Positions 32,158-32,847 of a stretch of 32,847 bases of DNA are shown here, piece by piece. Positions within the stretch are counted from its first letter, which is position 1; the number at the start of each line of letters is the position of its first letter. The DNA comes from an uncultured bacterium (GTDB lineage: Bacteria; Bipolaricaulota; Bipolaricaulia; UBA7950; UBA9294): the NCBI GenBank assembly GCA_965602415.1, contig CBFCYU010000002.1, positions 1 through 32,847 of the forward strand. Direction: 5' to 3'. The notes under the pieces are model-generated. The model saw only the letters and a program-made list of their open reading frames with translations. It did not search any database and had not been told where the DNA came from. The position numbers and the translations under genes were made by a program.

Positions 32158-32847
32158 TCACCCCGAGCCCGCCGGTCCCGTCACTGGCCGATCCCTCTTC
32201 CGATACACGGTGTTGGTGAACGCAATGCACTCCCGGACGTACGCCTCCATGTACTCGATCGGCGTCGCTTCCCCTTCCACAAACGTCAGTCCCTTGAATG
32301 AGAGGATCGGACTGAATGGAGGGACGTCGAGCAGCTCGGCGACCTGTTGATCCAACAGTTCGCCCGCCACGAGGCTACGCTCCGATCTCTCGATCGCGTA
32401 GCCGTAGCACTCCTCCAGGGTCGCGTACAGACTGCCGCCAACGAACCGCTCCTCCGTCAGGTCGACGAAACGAGCACCGGGAAGGTAGGAGTCGCAAACC
32501 ATCACCGGCTGCTCATCCACCGACCGAAGGCGCCGGAAGTAGAGGAGTCGCGCGTCGGCAGGAAGGCCGAGTCGGGAAAGCACCTCCGGCGGACCGTTCA
32601 TCACACGGCGCTCGGTGATGGTGGTGTGCAATGTCGCGTCAGGCGGGAACTGCTCTGTCAGACTGAGGTATCCGCTCAGCAACGCCAGCCCGATGAGCTG
32701 TTGCCCCTTGACGAACGTGCCCCGACCCCGCTCGCGCTCGCCGGTTGAGGATCCCCGAACGGCGAAGGCCTACTGCTGCGTCCTGCTCGACGTCTTCTCA
32801 CGTCGCGTCGTCGGAGTCCGGCTCACCTCTCGCCGAAGTCCCGCCGT
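32158..32847 (-). pseudogene. GntR/HutC-type regulator paralog (GntR3) interrupted by an in-frame TAG in the wHTH wing; 5' end beyond the right edge
   Basis: Track ORF 32158..32682 is only the UTRA half (RLRSVDEQPVMVCDSYLP..., paralogous to GntR1 and GntR2). Own translation upstream in the same frame: ...LRREVSRTPTTRREKTSSRTQQ*AFAVRGSSTGERERGRGTFVKGQQLIGLALLSGYL. The recognition-helix (VSR...) and wing (GRGTFV) motifs are in frame but separated by TAG at 32770-32772. The linker is about 8 residues longer and more degenerate than in the paralogs. Confidence 0.55.

Noticed and set aside
24211-32301. Large plus-strand ORFs antisense to the 14-gene operon (24211..25215, 25778..26452, 27597..28514, 29027..30472, 31093..32301)
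   Set aside because: Each lies opposite a minus-strand gene with strong family motifs. Their compositions are dominated by Arg, Asp, His and Pro. They are shadow ORFs.
1-32847. CRISPR arrays, mobile elements, prophage, toxin-antitoxin or defence systems, rRNA and tRNA genes
   Set aside because: I found no regularly spaced repeats and no transposase, integrase or recombinase-like ORFs. There are no nuclease, ATPase or defence-type domain combinations and no tRNA-like cloverleaf candidates in the few intergenic regions. The window reads as metabolic and transport genes throughout.

Overview
GC-rich bacterial chromosomal window. I recognise 33 intact-looking CDS and one probable pseudogene. I found no rRNA, tRNA, CRISPR array, transposase, integrase or defence genes.

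Layout:
- Left end (1-4.5 kb): an endonuclease-III-like gene and the 5' part of a glycerate 2-kinase gene on the minus strand, then a feoA-fur-feoB-C_GCAxxG_C_C iron operon on the plus strand.
- The remaining ~28 kb is a carbohydrate-utilisation island made of four units.
  1. Minus strand: GntR1, FGGY kinase and a CUT2 ABC transporter (4660-11834).
  2. Divergent plus-strand operon: cyclase, VOC, 2x[4Fe-4S] ferredoxin and an aldehyde:ferredoxin oxidoreductase (AOR family) (11964-15385).
  3. Plus strand: IclR, an archaeal-looking KD(P)G-aldolase-type DHDPS-family protein, a 2-hydroxyacid dehydrogenase and an orphan GntR2 (15680-19407).
  4. A 14-gene, ~12.7 kb minus-strand operon (19418-32154): CUT2 ABC transporter, FucI-like isomerase, Zn-ADH, a second FGGY kinase, two translationally coupled DeoC-like aldolase paralogs, a CMD/AhpD-like protein, an FSA/transaldolase-like protein, an aldo-keto reductase, a shikimate-dehydrogenase-like protein and a cupin-type (archaeal) phosphoglucose isomerase. 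It is preceded by a GntR/UTRA gene interrupted by an in-frame TAG.

Most interesting: unit 4 matches no sugar operon I know. Its two DeoC paralogs appear to have lost the two essential DERA lysines reciprocally. An oxygen-sensitive AOR module sits next to several aldolases.

Sequence-level regulatory features: several promoter-like elements predict leaderless mRNAs (iclR, gntR1, feoA, nth-like). Perfect GC-rich stem-loops follow both ABC binding-protein genes. ATGA/GTGA stop-start overlaps are frequent.

Limits: all functional calls rest on motif recognition and by-eye alignment from memory. No searches were run.
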